Of a stretch of 46,444 nt of DNA, positions 44,702 through 46,444 are shown piece by piece (position 1 is the first letter of the stretch; every line of letters starts with the position of its first letter). A program made the translations under genes and the position numbers. The stretch comes from Ionaspis alba. Taxonomy: Eukaryota. The stretch covers positions 1 through 46,444 of the forward strand of contig CAXUUL010000050.1 of assembly GCA_964255285.1 (NCBI GenBank), in the 5' to 3' direction. Below the pieces are notes generated by a model. That model had not been told where the DNA came from. It searched no databases and saw only the letters and a list, made by a program, of their open reading frames with translations.

Positions 44702-46444
44702 ATGAATTTACCACCTTTTGCACCTTTTCCTGCGGCCAATTTCCGTAAAGAGATTGTGCCAGAAGAGTGGGAAGCGTGCCTAGAAGCATGGATATTGCTA
44801 GCTCAGGGTTGCCTCCTTCTACCTCCCAAAGCCTTTACTTCGAAAGCTAGAACGGACAAGTCATTATCCGATTTTTTGATTTCGTATGCAAGAGAGGTTG
44901 CGGTCGAGAATAGTGTGTATATGGAAACTCCCAAAGACAAGGACCTGAAGCGTTATTGTTTCCTACTGACCCATCGAACTCTCATGGAGGAGAATCCGGC
45001 GCCATCTCCTTTACTCAATTGGGCGTTTCTCTGCGACTTTTCTACTGTCTATGTTAAGAGTACGAGTCTTCGCTCCCTCATGGATACTCTATGGCAGCAG
45101 AAGAAGCTTGAGCAGAAGGTTACAATGCTGGAGAATAAGAAGTCGCTAGTTAGGCTTCTTGATGGCCCTAAGTCAACGACGTCAGAGGACCTTGACCAGC
45201 ATCTACGGCGGACAGGAGCTCTGCTCAAAGCATCACATCACTATGGACAATTTCTGATGGTTGGCTCAGACCTGCTGGATTCCTTAGCATCAGCGTGGTC
45301 TGTTGCAGCCAAAGACTTACAACGGAAATTAGTCGCCATTACCTATCTATGTCTGACATCTCTGCTAGAGGGCGAAAAAGCAAACACGTCTCTTCTCATA
45401 GATCACCTCTATTCTCTTAGATCCGCTGCAGACAAGCAGTCATCCAATTCGAACTCCTCCACACTCCTCTCCCAGATCGTCTCAACTACTCCTTTCCTCC
45501 GCAAGTTACAAGACCGCATCATAGGACGCGATGCCAGCCGCGCCAAATCTCTACTCACCCACCTCGAGCACCTCAAATCCACCAGCGGCACCAAATCAAG
45601 AACCCGCATCCGCCGCAGAATCGACAAAGGCAAGAACGCAGACCGCGATTTCCACCACCTCCCTGCAGACCCGATTCTTATCTCCCAGCTCCAAGACCTC
45701 TTTCCCCACCATAGCACCTCCTACCTCTCTACCCTCCTCACCTACTACTCCAACAACTCAGACCTCCTAACCGCTCACCTCCTCGACAATAATCTCCCTC
45801 CACATCTGCAATCCCTCGACCAAGTATCCGACCTTTCCACCCCAAGTCACCCCAGCCACTACTCCGATCTCGCCCCTCACCTAGCCCCAGGAACCACCCC
45901 GTCCACCTCAATCCCAGAACGGCACAACATCTTCTCCAACGACGCCTTCGACAACCTCGCCATCTCCCCCTCCCAGCTCCACCAAGGCCGGCGCAACCAA
46001 ACGCAAACGGCCTCCGACCTCCTCGCAGATACATCGACCCGCCCCGCCAAAAGCGCTATCTACGCCGCGCTGGCCGCCTTTGACTCCGACGATGACGAGC
46101 GGGACGACACCTACGATGTCGAAGATGTCGGCGGGACAGTGGACACGAGCCTTGCGCTCCCGGGCGGGGAGGCGAACAATGACAAGGCCGGTGCTGAGAG
46201 TGATAGGAACGAGGAAGTACTGTTCAAGGCCTGGAAGAGCCGGCCGGAGGATTTTGCAAGGGATGCGGCGACTAGGAGGGGGGAGCAGAGGGGTGTTTTG
46301 AAGAGGGAGACGGGGATGAGCGATGAGGCTATTGAGGGGTGGGCGGTTATGCTTGGGAGAGAGCCTGGGAGGGTGAGGAGGTTAGAGAGGAGGTTTGCCA
46401 GTGAGGTTGGGAGGCAGAGGGTGTTGCCTGGGACGGCGTGGAGG
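44702..46444 (+). CDS. CUE3: CUE-domain protein Cue3/Rqt3/ASCC2-like, 3'-truncated by window end
   Basis: Missing from the ORF track because no stop falls in the window. The frame from ATG 44702 reads MNLPPFAPFP...IVPEEWEACLEAW, LIDHLYSL, CUE-like ISQLQDLFP...LTAHLLDNNLPPHL, RHNIFSND, FDSDDDERDDTYD and GMSDEAIEGWAVML. Confidence 0.82.
   Translation, partial: MNLPPFAPFPAANFRKEIVPEEWEACLEAWILLAQGCLLLPPKAFTSKARTDKSLSDFLISYAREVAVENSVYMETPKDKDLKRYCFLLTHRTLMEENPAPSPLLNWAFLCDFSTVYVKSTSLRSLMDTLWQQKKLEQKVTMLENKKSLVRLLDGPKSTTSEDLDQHLRRTGALLKASHHYGQFLMVGSDLLDSLASAWSVAAKDLQRKLVAITYLCLTSLLEGEKANTSLLIDHLYSLRSAADKQSSNSNSSTLLSQIVSTTPFLRKLQDRIIGRDASRAKSLLTHLEHLKSTSGTKSRTRIRRRIDKGKNADRDFHHLPADPILISQLQDLFPHHSTSYLSTLLTYYSNNSDLLTAHLLDNNLPPHLQSLDQVSDLSTPSHPSHYSDLAPHLAPGTTPSTSIPERHNIFSNDAFDNLAISPSQLHQGRRNQTQTASDLLADTSTRPAKSAIYAALAAFDSDDDERDDTYDVEDVGGTVDTSLALPGGEANNDKAGAESDRNEEVLFKAWKSRPEDFARDAATRRGEQRGVLKRETGMSDEAIEGWAVMLGREPGRVRRLERRFASEVGRQRVLPGTAWR

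Overview
Gene-dense eukaryotic DNA from a filamentous ascomycete (Pezizomycotina-type short GT-AG introns with CTRAC branch sites; finer taxonomy cannot be fixed from the sequence alone), with three 100-N scaffold gaps. I can support about 21 protein-coding genes, mostly conserved housekeeping: DUF7730/F-box-like protein, CMR1, Mtf2-like, COQ9, a Gbp2/Hrb1-like SR-RRM protein, RAD54, a mitochondrial carrier, a NYN/LabA-like PIN protein, delta-8 sphingolipid desaturase, a PGM2-type phosphomutase, ELYS-like nucleoporin, SMC4, SRP14, SGD1, LPD1, Amo1/Nup42-like nucleoporin, RPS20 and Cue3/ASCC2 (truncated by the window end). There are also three poorly characterised genes: a spliced Gly/Tyr/His-rich 119-aa protein, a Cys-rich/charged orphan and a PPxY-TM-PAN/apple protein. 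No tRNA, rRNA, snRNA, transposase or CRISPR was recognised. The best leads are: (1) RPS20/uS10 lies head-to-head with CUE3, whose orthologs read ubiquitinated uS10 in ribosome quality control; (2) recurrent C-rich to G-rich skew switches at synonymous sites in the 3' halves of genes on both strands; (3) a hidden 5' architecture of the SR-RRM gene, with a 4-nt first coding segment, microexons, leader introns and an 11-mer repeated three times; (4) splicing oddities, including an intron-split start codon and a GAG acceptor in RAD54 and two GC-AG introns. All gene names come from motif recognition by eye, not database searches.
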